Below the pieces are notes generated by a model. That model did no database searches. It was given only the letters and a program-made list of their open reading frames with translations, and was not told the origin of the DNA. From assembly GCA_040954595.2 (NCBI GenBank), contig CM082592.2, positions 9,349,677 to 9,413,676 on the forward strand: a DNA stretch of 64,000 bases. The letters are read 5' to 3'. A program made the position numbers and the translations under genes. Shown here piece after piece: positions 39,443 through 51,900 of this stretch (the first letter of the stretch is position 1; every line of letters starts with the position of its first letter). The stretch is from Balanoglossus misakiensis. Its lineage: Eukaryota; Animalia; Hemichordata.

Positions 39443-40428
39443 GGTAGTTGGAAAGGCTAGGGCGTCAGTTAAAATTTCATTTAAAAACACTGAATTTATA
39501 TCTAGAAATGTATTAGAGAAAAATTAAACTCATAAAAAATTCGGGGCAATAAACGTGTAACAAGATATGGCTGGTTTTATTATACCTAATTTCATACATC
39601 TGGCAAGGAAGCTAGGGAGCCTTATTTGAGCGCCCTCTAGGGGAAGACTTCTCCTAGGCTATGCGCACAAGGACGGGTTCCCCTAGCCAAGGGCATTTAA
39701 ATGCAACTTGCAAACACTGATTCTTGCAATTTTCAACGATAGATAACCTTGTTTGTTTATTAAAGGCTGCCAAATTATGGACATTTTTGCATTTCTAGGG
39801 AACCCGAAAAGCCAGCGGAAAAGCGTTTGACCCAGATAAATGCGATCCTTCGCCGTGAACTGCCGCTAAACTTTGCGTATTTCGCTACTTTTCTGCCCTT
39901 CGCCATAATGTAATGGTTTTTATTTGTGATTGAATAGGTATGCCAGATATTTTTTTTATCATGAAACTTTCAGGAAAGGCTCGGGACATCCCAAAGAACA
40001 ATTTTACGGGACAGTTTTTTCATAAGTTTTCCCGTTGTGTTTTGGCAGCACGTTAAAGTTGTATACAAAATATCAACAAAAACTGTGTTTTCCTGAGTGA
40101 TAACTTTGAAAAAAATAAGTTTTTGCTGAAAGTGTCCCATACATTGCTGGAGGGGTTGCTTCATATTAAAATGAATACAAATTATTCAATAATTTGTGAA
40201 AACATGTCAAGATTCAATCAATATTTTGTAAAATTATGAATATTTATATTTAGGCGTATCAAATTTCATAATTTTAGCAGATATTTTTACAGTCATATTT
40301 TTCCCTCACTTTTTAGTTTGTTAAGAACACATGCTGCAAATTTCAAGTCATTATCTTTATTCTAACTTGTGAAAATAAATTCACAAACATTGAGAGAATT
40401 TGCTTCAAAAATAGCCTTTCCAACTACC
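39443..40428. mobile_element. 986-bp non-autonomous TIR DNA transposon (Kolobok-like), copy 2, apparently identical to copy 1
   Basis: Same sequence at an offset of +990; right TTAA at 40429-40432. Confidence 0.85.
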
Positions 40429-41589
40429 TTAACAGGAAACACAATAGTCAAACTACACCCTTAATCTTTTATTCTGTACAATATATTTTAAATTCCATTC
40501 AATAGGAAATGTAAATTCTCTTCCATCACATAGAAACTATATGCTACCTCAGAAAGAGCAACAAATTCAGTTCTGTTTCCACAACAAAAAACGCCTTTCT
40601 TTGATATAAATATATTTTTACATGGTTATAGTGAACAAGTGTGTTGATGTCTTCAACTAACAACTGAATTACTAGATACATATCTACCAATAGCTACCAT
40701 GCACATATATACCATAACCCTTACAGTGCCAGCCATGCTGCTCACTTAGTATATGCATCTGCTTCGGTAACGCTAATCATAACGTGTGTGTTGACCAAGT
40801 CAAGTGTTCAAAACCTGGATACACCACTTGATACACAAAGCTACTCTGCAATATGTGCTGAATGTAATGAACAGTTCCTGTCATCAGAACAGCGAATGTG
40901 TGACATGAGGTTTCTGAAAAAAGCGTATCAACAAAAACACGGAGTGTTAAGTGATTATGATGGCCTTGGGCATGAAAAACAAGACTTCTGCTATTTCCTA
41001 CAGGATGAAGCCTTTTATAAACAGAGAGCGCGACTTTCACTGATTGAAAAGCAGCATGAGATCACTTCTAGTGCTTGCAGCCTGTCCACTTCATTTAAGA
41101 GAAAATTATCCCAGAGAGATTAAATGATAAATGTTGACTGTTTGCTACACCATACAACCTATTTACAGTCTCACACAATAGTTCACGCAAAGTGCGAAAT
41201 GATTTCTGCTGAGAAAATGAAACAAGTATCTGGGGCTTTAAAAGTTTAATCACAACTGGCGAGGGAGGGAGGGAGGGAAGACCGGTAAAGTTCTATGCGA
41301 TGTGCATCAATAAATAGAGCAAAGGATTACAGACCTTTCAACTTTCCTTCCACGTTACCTCAATCTCATTCAAACTTTTTCGAGTTCAATAAAAATAATC
41401 ATTATCACACATGAAATTGCACATTTTCACATGTCCGCACGACTGATGCATGAAAGGGGGTTGACAATTTGGCTACGTATAAGGCGAGCAAACCCTGCTG
41501 ACCGACTAAAAAAGCGGCCAATCAGGTCTGGTCTTGTATCTTGAAGAGTGGATGTTCGCAGTAAGCTGGCTGCCCATTGGTTCCAAACT

Positions 41590-44500
41590 TCAATGCAAAG
41601 CATACAGGAGAATGAGAATAACGCACACAGCTATGACACTTCCTAAGATAATCGAGTCTCTTCTCTTCCGAAGGTTAATCCTCTGAACAAGACTGTTAAT
41701 GATGGGAAAACGATCTGTTACATTAGAGTTAAGGAACAAGAAAAGAAAATTCAGTATCTTTTGCACAGCCTGCGACTTATATACATGTATGCAGGCACTG
41801 ATCTGGGGTGGGTGGGGAGACAGCTGTCTGTGACTACACTCTCAAATCTCATATCACAACTCCCCGCGACCGCCATTCAACCTTCCAAATACAGCATCAA
41901 GGCGGGGTTCCAATCGTAGCTTTGCTTAACGCAAGGAGTGACTTTGCAAATGGTCAAGTATACGAAGTCAACAGGTGTGCTCTGAGTAGTCACACAGTGC
42001 ACTCACTGTGTCCATTAATTAAATGGCACATATACGTGAGTGTATATTGGCAGTCAATAGCTGCAGACGTACGACTCAAATATACAGTGATGTACACGAA
42101 CATGTTGGTATACACACATACACATTCAATGCATTAATGAGGACGGTCCTGAAGGTAGTGAAAATTTGCGAGAATTCAGGATGATGATGATGAGTATGGG
42201 CCCGGCGGGACAGAGCCCAATCACTGGCTAGGATTAAGTTACAACTGTTCAGAAAAGTGGTATTCATTTGAGGAAAAAAAAGACATAATTGCAAGGATAC
42301 TGACAATGCTGCCGATACTCGTCGATATCTTCTTGAGTGCCGATTTCTGAGACATGAGGTTTTCCTTGGCTGCCATGGCAACGCTGCAAGAAAGTGAAAT
42401 GCATGTTTGAGAGCGGTTGACTGATGAACAGAAATTGGCTCATTAAAGTTGAAATGTCTTTCAACGGCCTTTGAAGAACCAGAGGCAGCAAACACAGCCT
42501 GCTTTCGTATTGTCTTACAAGATGCAAATTGGATGAGTGAAATGAGTGAAGATATGTTATTTATCCCAACAAACCGACAGCTGGTTGCATGAACAACATT
42601 TACTGTCCTTTGCTAGTCGTGTGTAATTATGATATTTGCACAGCGATGCAAGAAATGAAAGACATGACACATTTTTAAATTAATGAGTATTCATAACTAG
42701 AAAAAAAAAATTGTAAACAGCTACTATACTATGTAACCGAAATTAAATCTTTCATCTTCAAGATTTAAATATTTTATTGGGATTCAATATTTCATCTTTG
42801 AATATTGTGTAGACGACAATGACGTAAACAGGAAATAGCTTTTTTAATCCTACCGAGAAGATGAGTTTAAAACCCCAAGGACATGGTATTCAAGTCACCA
42901 ATTGAAGATCGATCAACACCGCCACCACAGCAGCTAGCCAATCATAATACCTGCCTCCAGCATTAAACGCAAATGAAAATACTGCTACGGGTGACAGACA
43001 GATGTCTCTTCAGGCAACACCCGTAGAAGTTATAAGTACACCACGCATAACTAATCATGTGTTGTAAACATCAGTGACACATACCTTATGGTGTCATCTG
43101 TTAATCTTTCTGAACTGAAATTAAAAAGAAAAGTTTTTATCTTATGTATGTCACATGAAAACACAGTACAGTGAAGCTATCATGCAACAGTGATCTTGAA
43201 TGATCAGTAAGAGTCAGTCAGCGAAAAAAGCATATACTATACTTGAGCAGACTGCCCAGTGACCCAATACTTACTTTCGTAAGTGTTCATTTTCTTTGAG
43301 GTACAGATCAGTTCTGCGATTGAGACCGGACGAACTTTTATACGTGTCAATTTCCCTTCTGACTGAACCCAGCAAGTCCTCCCTCTCTTTGTACTTTGTT
43401 ATGTTGGCTTTTGTCTTGTTGAATTCGTGCGAGTAGTCCTGAAGGATGTCTCTGTGTCTCTGCAGGGTGTGAATTAAAGCTGGACTGGGCGCAGACAACG
43501 ACATGCTGCTGGTGTAGTCCGACATTTTATCATTTATAGCTGTAAGCTGTTTGAATTAAATACAACAAAAAAAGGAAGACACACCATAATAATTCAGTAC
43601 AAGATTGCAAGAGAAATGAAAGAGCCTACAGTGTGCTCCCAAGAACAATTAAAAATGATTGGGGACCAATTAAGTCACCCCCCCCCCCTTGCATGGCACA
43701 CATACCCCTTGATACTTTTGATGTAAACAAGTTTACCTTGGCTAGAAGCTGCTCAATTTCCATTGCCATGGTATCAAACATCCGCTCACTGCTTGACGAA
43801 CTTAATAACGGTGACGTGTCTGAGCTGCAAATTAAATTGGATTAATGAGTGGCAATTAGTATCATCTCATATCCTGGTGACTCACGGATATCAATGCAAG
43901 ACATCAAGAAAGGAAATTGGTAAACGGTTTGGAAACCCTGGCAACAGCTGTGTGACCCATTGATATAAATCCACATTATAGCTGTGTTATTATGGTTAGC
44001 AAAGATATGTTAACATTAGGATGGCCAGCATGAACCTTACCTATCATTCTTGTAGTCTTTATGGCTGTAACTCGTACCCAGCTTACTGAATGATACTAAC
44101 TTCAGATCCAGTTCATTCTCTAGTTGTCTGGCTTGCTTTCTCAAGTCTGCAAAACACAATATCAAAGTCATATTATTTTTAGAGCCGAAATCTGGTTGTC
44201 AGCTTCATTAAATGTATGACCTATCAATTGTTTGACATAATTATTGTTCAACTTATATATTTGCCATTCTCACATGCACAGGTTTTGTCAAATTTCATGA
44301 AAACTCACACCCCTTTTCAAGTGAATCAAACCATTTGATATCATCAGTGGTTTATCAAAGACATTCATTAAGGGGGCTCCTGGTAATTAAGGGGGCTGAA
44401 GTGAACCATGAACCTGATTGTTTTATTGAGTCATGTATGGATTGAGTGAAGCGTGTCTCCCAGACGAATACACAGACGCACACGCCGATGGTCCCAGTGA

Positions 44501-47500
44501 CAAACCCAACATAGAAATTCCTTCCGACTGCATCCCTGGGGGACTAATTAGAAACATCACTAGATGTTTGTTGTTTTGAAAGCCAGTGATTGCACTCTGA
44601 TTTTCTTCAGAGCCTGTGGGTACAAATGCTCATGGTAAACCCCCTTGGTTGTTGAATGTATGCATTTATGTATGAGTAAAAATCGATATGTATCAGCAAT
44701 GTTTCAAGACTCATTTCTGACTGTCAAATGCACTGTTGTTATACATCACAGAGTAAATATACAGTACTCAATTATAGCAGCCCTACACTAGACTATCTTG
44801 TTACATGCAGACTGCTGCAGTTCTACGGGAAGCGTACTGTACTGTACACTGAACAAACACATGCAGGGAGCGTGTACATGTGAATTTCATGCACATGTTC
44901 ATTTTGTGGTGTGTTCCAATTCCGGGTTTCCCTTACTGTAAGCCAGGGGAAGTTTGCACCCTGAAATGGAATGACCTCAACGACGGTCATATCTTAGTCC
45001 TTACACCGCAGCAATCACAAACATGAAATGGAGTACATGTACATGTACAAAGAAGATGAAATCCCTAACCACCCCACCCCCCCTCCCCCCAAAAAATTCT
45101 TCACTTCGAAGGCTCATGTACATACATACATGCACTAGAATTTTGGACAGCTGTACGGTGCAAGTGTTTATAGAACAGGCTGTATCATGCCATTAGGTTG
45201 AGCATGAGAATCTGTGAGCCAGATTCCCACAGAGCAGTTGGTCTACCTGTTGTCAATTGTCATTCAAATGCCATACCGCCATTGAGTTAACATCCTCATA
45301 ATAGGCTGCCCCGGGGTTTTATCAGTGCCCATCAGGCCTGAGTGCCCATTTGAGACTTACTTAAGAAGTTAGACACAAGACGAGAAATTATTTTCAAGAT
45401 CAGATTTCATACTTATGGAATACCAGGCTATACCATGATGAGTCGGAGGAAATACTACCCATATATGGTCTGGAAATGTTGACAGAAGAAATTACAGGAG
45501 ACCAGACAGGTACTGTCACAAACATCACAGAGACAGACACAGGCAAACGGATGTAATGGGGGTATATACATGTATAGCGAAATTCACAGAAAAGGGTTAT
45601 AATGGGTATGAATAATTTAACCTCTTGGATTTGGGCATAACTAGACTGAAATTCTAGATGCATTTTGATATAAAAAGTAAGAAAATCATTTTCTAAATAA
45701 TTAATATATATATATGGTTTTCATAACAGCGTAGTTTTTACTACTCTGTGGACTGGGAGCAATGCTTATTTGCTTAAGGAAATTTAGTTGTATGCAGTTC
45801 AACTAGAGTTCACACACAAAATTATCTCTTTACATACAGCAAATGTGGTAAACTTTTGACAGTTCTGAAGTTCTGAATCATCATCATTCACTTAGAAGTT
45901 ATGCAAGTGTTCTATATATTCTTGACATCTCAGAAAGGTCAGAAAGAATGATGTCAAAAGTGAACACTTTTGTCCTTGAATCACAAGATGATAAACCTGA
46001 TTTTACATGACTTTTCATTCACTCGCATGCTTTGTTAGTTCATTTTCTCAGGTTGAGATCCTGTCCTACTATTTATGGAACTCATAATCAGAAACCGTTT
46101 CCTGTGTTTACAATAATAGGGGGTCTGTCTCAAGACTCTCATTTCCAAACCTTAATTCTAATGGCTTCATTTCATTATAATGTTATGCATTAAGATGATT
46201 AAATTGTAATTTCAGGATATAATACTCAGTGTGTGTCCGGTCCATGACGTTAGTGCATCCCTTGTGGTTAAGTTAAGATTGTTGTTACTGTGTTAGTCCC
46301 ACACTTCACCACATGTTAATGCGTGCAATTACGGATTCTGACGTAAATAGTTTGATTTTTGTAAAAAGGACAAAATTATGGGAACACACCATAGATTTGT
46401 TCATCATAGGCAGCCATGGCGTCTCCGCTTTGCTCTGTGTTTTGCTTGTCGGTCTTCGTGTCAAAATTCAGTGCGTCGGTGTTCTTCTGATTTTGCGTTT
46501 CGCTCATACTCGAGTGCCAGACGTTTTAGAATGAGGGTCCTACAGAACCTACCAAAAGCTAAATAATTAGAAATGCTACCCACTACTGGAGGCAGGAGTG
46601 TGAAAAAAAAAAGAAAGCTCGGGGCAGAAAACGACACTTCTAATATAAGTTACAAGCATGCGTCTTTAAGTCCACTGGCTATGACTATACGCCTTTCAGA
46701 AAACCACAATAAACAAATAGATGGTAGCTTTCATAAAGATCAATTAACCATGTACCAGATCACTGTAGCCACTAATGCATGCATTAATTTTCATGAACTG
46801 ATTAAACATTCTGGAGTGATGAACAAGCTCTCATCCCACTGGAAATGAAGCTCGTTATTTCCCCAAAACTTTGAAACTTTGTACATCCCCACTTCATAAA
46901 GCTTATGGTTTAAAGACGACTAGGGATTCTCATGGGGCTATTACTTGAGGGGAAAATACACAATTTTAATGTGCATGTTTATCTGATTGATGTATGTACT
47001 GTGTCTGTCTGTGTGCATCAAGTTCAGGTCCTACCACCACACTCAGTTGTAAGAGTGGCAAGGCAACATGGAGCAAATTTTGTTAGTTACACCAGTGCTG
47101 CATAGGAACTCTGATAAGTGCAATACAGTCTGGACAGCATAGGAAGTGAAGAAGTTGACCTACCCCTAGCCATCAATCAATTGGATATCTGAACAGCCAA
47201 TTAACATTGCTGCTGACTGTTTCTGTGAAACATGTAGTGTCTCCACAGTAACTTTTCATTCTCATCACTGAACGTCACAAACACACATCAGCTGAACTGC
47301 TAACAAATCTGTACAGTCGTCATGGCTACACTTTCATTTGCATAGAGCTAAGATAATGGCGCACATCTGCGTCACTCCGCTCCAGAAATGACCCACAAGC
47401 CATAGCCTCAAAATTTACCCAGTGTACTACTGTATTGTTTCCATGACTCACTCCACTCGTCAAACCGTCGTTAGAAATGTTTTTTCTCTGCAATTTCATT

Positions 47501-47994
47501 TGTGAGTCGGTTACAGTAACTGAGCTGACTCAAGTCAAAACATTTATGAAATTATGGGATTTAACTCATGTTTTTCATGACGTGTCACTCATCAGGAACA
47601 GAACTAGTCATTAAACCTTTACGGTCATCCGAAATATTTCACCCCTCTAAACCAAGAGAGGTATATCAGCGCATATAAAATCGCTTACGGGGGAAGTTCT
47701 AAGCTATGCCATTGTGTTGCGATTGCGAATAGTTCGACCCAGTTGCAATGTTGTGTGTACACTGTATAAGGACACACGGATGTAAATATTTTACGTCGCT
47801 GGGCAAAAGTTAGTCCACAGGTTTCTTTTGAGGTGAATGCGAAGCAAACCCGTAAAAGACATAAAAGCCCCCGACACCAAGACCTTAACTGTTCATCCAG
47901 ACTAAACATGAGGGCCAATACTGTTACAGAAAACGCCATAAACTGAATACTGCAACGTGTCTCACTCACCTTCCCATTGATTAGAGGAAGCCAT
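41590..47994 (-). CDS. GOSR1: Golgi SNAP receptor complex member 1 (GS28/Gos1), 242 aa, 7 coding exons
   Basis: Exons 47994-47970 (MASSNQWE), 44146-44041 (DLRKQARQLENELDLKLVSFSKL), 43824-43737 (RMFDTMAMEIEQLLAK), 43546-43275 (HTLQRHRDILQDYSHEF..RRTDLYLKENEHLR), 43114-43085, 42383-42301 (VAMAAKENL), 41714-41590 (NRFPIINSLVQRINLRKRRDSIILG + C-terminal TM). Total 729 nt in frame. Confidence 0.96.
41715..42300 (-). other. U12-type (minor spliceosome) GT-AG intron, last intron of GOSR1
   Basis: The 5' splice site is GTATCCTT and the branch site is TTCCTTAAC (41736-41728), 13 nt before the exon, with no polypyrimidine tract. Both match the U12 consensus. Confidence 0.9.
46390..46539 (-). other. 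Candidate alternative/cassette exon in GOSR1 intron 1
   Basis: Acceptor ctaat..ttctgtag and donor G|GTGTGT (phase 1). Encodes MSETQNQKNTDALNFDTKTDKQNTEQSGDAMAAYDEQIY, which joins exon 2 (DLRKQARQ) in frame. Confidence 0.4.
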
Positions 47995-48918
47995 TTTGAA
48001 ATTTGACGTCACTGATCATCACCTTCACTTGAGGGCGCTGTTATGAAATCCACACAAGTTCCTGGACCACGCCCACCCACCGCAACTTTCCTATTTTCAA
48101 GCCCCCCCAAAATTGGGAAGATTTGTTTCACGGCACCTTTTTACAAAATCTGCAAAACAGTACATGTTGGCATGTTTTTGGAGTTCCTCTGAATTTGGTG
48201 ATAGTGTCACGAAATATATAGGAACATGTCTTCTGATCTGGGTGAGACGATAAAATATCGACTCGCTCATCAAGAATCATGCAAGCAGTGGGTATGATTG
48301 ACAAAACTGTTAGAGGACGGTAACAACAAATTAAAAAATGAAAGATTCTGCAGGTATATACTGCTCACTACATAATACTACTCTCATATTTATTTTCAAA
48401 CCACTTATCCATACCATGACGCATGCATATAGAATACTACAAGCACAGTGAGATTTTGAACATTTTATTTTTTTCTCGATCACACAAAATTTCCTGTAAA
48501 GTGACTTACAAGCACCGTGGCATAGCATTGCCAAAAATTACACGAACAGAACACCAAAAACAGGCATAATTTTTTTTCTGGAAATGTGCTGGTCGACCAT
48601 TTTCGGTGAAGAAGGTAGAGGGCGCCGTGCAATTTGAACTGCGTCCTTCTGCAACGTGCGAGAAATACGACACATTCATTCACATGCAATGTCCAGTTTT
48701 CTACAAACTCACATACTAAACACGATAAAGCTGCTGATTTTCTTCTTGTTTCCCCTTTTGGTACAAAAATGCCGATGGAGGTTGATTTTTCTTCCACATA
48801 CACTTCAATAAACAAATAAATAAATAAATACCAACTACAAACGTTACTAAGTTTTGCGCCCCGTTTTGTGGGAGAAAATAGGCCAACGGCTTTTAAACCT
48901 TGCGCGACAGAAATTTGG

Positions 48919-51900
48919 CTAATCTCGTCTTGGTGAACTTTGAATGGCCTGCATGGCAATCCACAGCTGCTTTGGATTTTCGGCTGTGTAAAAAAGAAGA
49001 AAGAAAAATGGTTATTACATAAACAACTTATCAGCTACACTGTGAAGTTGACACGCGGCAGCTTCGTGTGATAAACGAAAGCCATGCATCCGTACATACA
49101 CTAGCAGTGAGATAGGCGAGACATCACCCTACATTCGCCATACACAAATCAATGGCGACCCAACCGGGTAATGAGCAGCGGTCTCGTAAAAGACTTGTTT
49201 TCAGATTGGTCCGTTCCTAGTCAAGTCACTCTCCAAAAACAGGTGTGCCACAAGTGCCACGTGGATGCTGTAACCGATGAGGGTCGGCTAATCACTGGCC
49301 CACCACAAAACAACAGAGAGGTTGAATTTTACTACCACGCAACTGCTATGCACCTGTTTGAAGCAATGAACCATTCAGAAGCAACTTTCTGTTGCTGATG
49401 ATATAAGAATCATATTATCTATGATTACCTTCTACACGAATAGTATGGAATTCTTTGACATCACTTGGTCGGTTCTTTATGACGGTATTAGTTCTATTGG
49501 CAATCTGACGTATGTTCTTACCCTGTGTGCGTGGAGAAAGAAAAAAACGTTTGTTAGTTTTATGTCTGTATGTATGTATGTATGTATGTATGTATGTATG
49601 TATGTATATGTGTGTGCTAGTTTGCCTGGGGGTCTATCAACATTAGAACACTAACTCTTTAGACACATTAAATGGCACTGCAGAAAAATACTTTATGCAG
49701 GAAATATTATGCAAGGCAGAAAAATTGTGAAACTGGTCGTCGATGTGTAATTCTATCTATAGAAACTTGCCTTTCGGCCGATGAGTTTCGGTATACTGTT
49801 AGCTGGATACGGGAACTCTGTCACGTAGGGACCGCCCATATCTTTCTGGAGAGACCTGTTAACAACAAAACGAAAGCAGAAAAAAATCGTAATGTTATTT
49901 TAATACGCCGACTGAAATAGTCAGCTGGAAGATATGATATGCTATTAATTTTTTATCATTTATATTATGCAGACGGTTCAATAAACAGATAAGTGTCTTG
50001 CTGTCAAGAGATTATTTTTAAAATATCTATAACAAGGATCCCCAACACTAACAGGTCACGGCTGCTTGTTCAGAGGGGCCAGACGTTGTTTTCTCCTTAT
50101 ATGGAGAGTCGTCTGCTAGAGGTGAATAATAATGAGTGTAACATGGTATGCACGCCAGCTGATCATTTCAATTGCATATTCTTTCGGTGCGTTCTTTGTT
50201 GGAGCATTTCCATGAAATTCAGAATGACGACTCGGTAGCGACATGTGAAGCAATTTGCTTCTTAAATCTATGTAAAATTCGTGGCAAGCTAGAAAAAAAT
50301 TCACCATGGGCTTACCGACTGACTGAAAAACTGGTAAAATGTATTGAGAAGAAATATCTAAGTCGAATTCGATATTCGTAAACGTTTTGTTTTCATGCAT
50401 TTTCAACCTAGCTCGCCATTTTCGAAGACAAGAACACAACAAACAAAACTTCATGCGAATTAAACCTTGAAGTTGGCGAAACGAAGTAGATTCTTGGTGA
50501 GATTATATTGAGGCAGAGCCTTTCAATGTAGGGATATGTCGTCATAGCAATGACACGTCAGTTAGTGGCCTTGTCGACGCGACATATCTCGCATTCTCAG
50601 TGGAATATTATATTCGTGAGGGAGGTATGGCGAAAATGTAAATAGTTCAGCAATATTACCCTTTGCAGGCCGACAGTTCGCTGTCGACCGTGGCCCTGTC
50701 CTCGCTCATTTCTGATGTCAAGTCGTCGTCGTCCAGTGAAACCTGAATTGCGCTGTCGCAGACGGCGACCCTCTTCTTCACGCCGTCTCCAAAGCCGTCC
50801 ACTTGAACCCCGACGCTGACGTTCTCCACTTTTCCGGTGCGTGTCGTTGATGGCGTACTGGCGCTTGACTTTGGTTTCTTCTTCTTTCTCTTCTTCTTGG
50901 CACCGGTGGAGTCGTTTTCGGGCGCCGCTCTGCTTTCTACCGGGACACCCATCTCGTCTGCGACCGGCTGGGGCTGAGCTTTAGGTACCGGCGTTGGACT
51001 TTTGCCCTGCTGAAAACGAGCTAAAGCCCTCACCGCGTTGTTACGAACCTTGCTGTCAGAGCTGTGACCGCGAGCCCTGGCATCCCCTTGGCCTCCGCTG
51101 TCGAATGACAGCGCCTGCGGTTTTTCATCGCCAGCTGCGGAGGCTTCACCGCGTGACGTTTTCTTCCTTCCGCTTGCTTTCTGGAAAGATCTCTCGGGAT
51201 CGGGTGTCTCCTTTTTGGCGCGATTTTCATTCTTTCCAGTGTCACCATGTTTCTTCTGCTGGCGTTGTTTCGAATCTGGTGATGATTTTGACGTGCTTTT
51301 CTCCCTGTCTATTTTACTCTTATCTTTAGGTTTCCTTTCAGAACTGCATGTAGCACCGTCCTTTTGCCTCTCTTTATTAACAATCTTGTTTTCTTTTCCC
51401 GTTCCCGCAGAGGGATATCTCTGCGGGGATCTTGTGTCCTCTTCTCTTCTGATATGTGTAGCTGTAACTCCAATATCACACTCTTCCTCCCTTGATATGC
51501 TTGTTTTCATTTTGCATCTTTCGTCTGATCCTCGTCGATGTGAACCGTGTTTTTGAGCAGCTGGCTTCTTGCTTCCACTTTTCGCGTGATCTGTCTGTTC
51601 CATCCCCTCGTCTCTCCCAGGCTCCCTCACTTCGGTCTCTACAGAGACAACTTTGCGTGGGGAGGCTGCCTTTTCGTCGTGCGGGGCTGTCTCCTTTTTC
51701 TTGCGTGGCTTCCGGCGCCGTTTTTTCGTGTCGTCGTCGTACGCTTCCGGTTGACTCGACCCTTCGACGTCGCTGTCGTACCCGGACGGAGAAGTCCCGA
51801 ATAGCGCGGCCGGCGCTTCCTCTCTGCCGCCGCCGGACAATTCAGACCCGCGGCACCTGTGGCTCTTGACCGTCATGGGGCCAATTTTCTGAGTGGCGTC

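Noticed and set aside
38980-40164. Two identical 64-aa ORFs
   Set aside because: They lie inside the duplicated non-autonomous element and show no transposase features.
40777-41123. ORFs of 87 and 111 aa
   Set aside because: They fall in the presumed GOSR1 3'UTR and have no motifs or splice structure.
42130-42240. Possible C/D snoRNA or SECIS in the GOSR1 U12 intron
   Set aside because: Only a weak box C match, no terminal stem, and no in-frame UGA-containing gene to serve.
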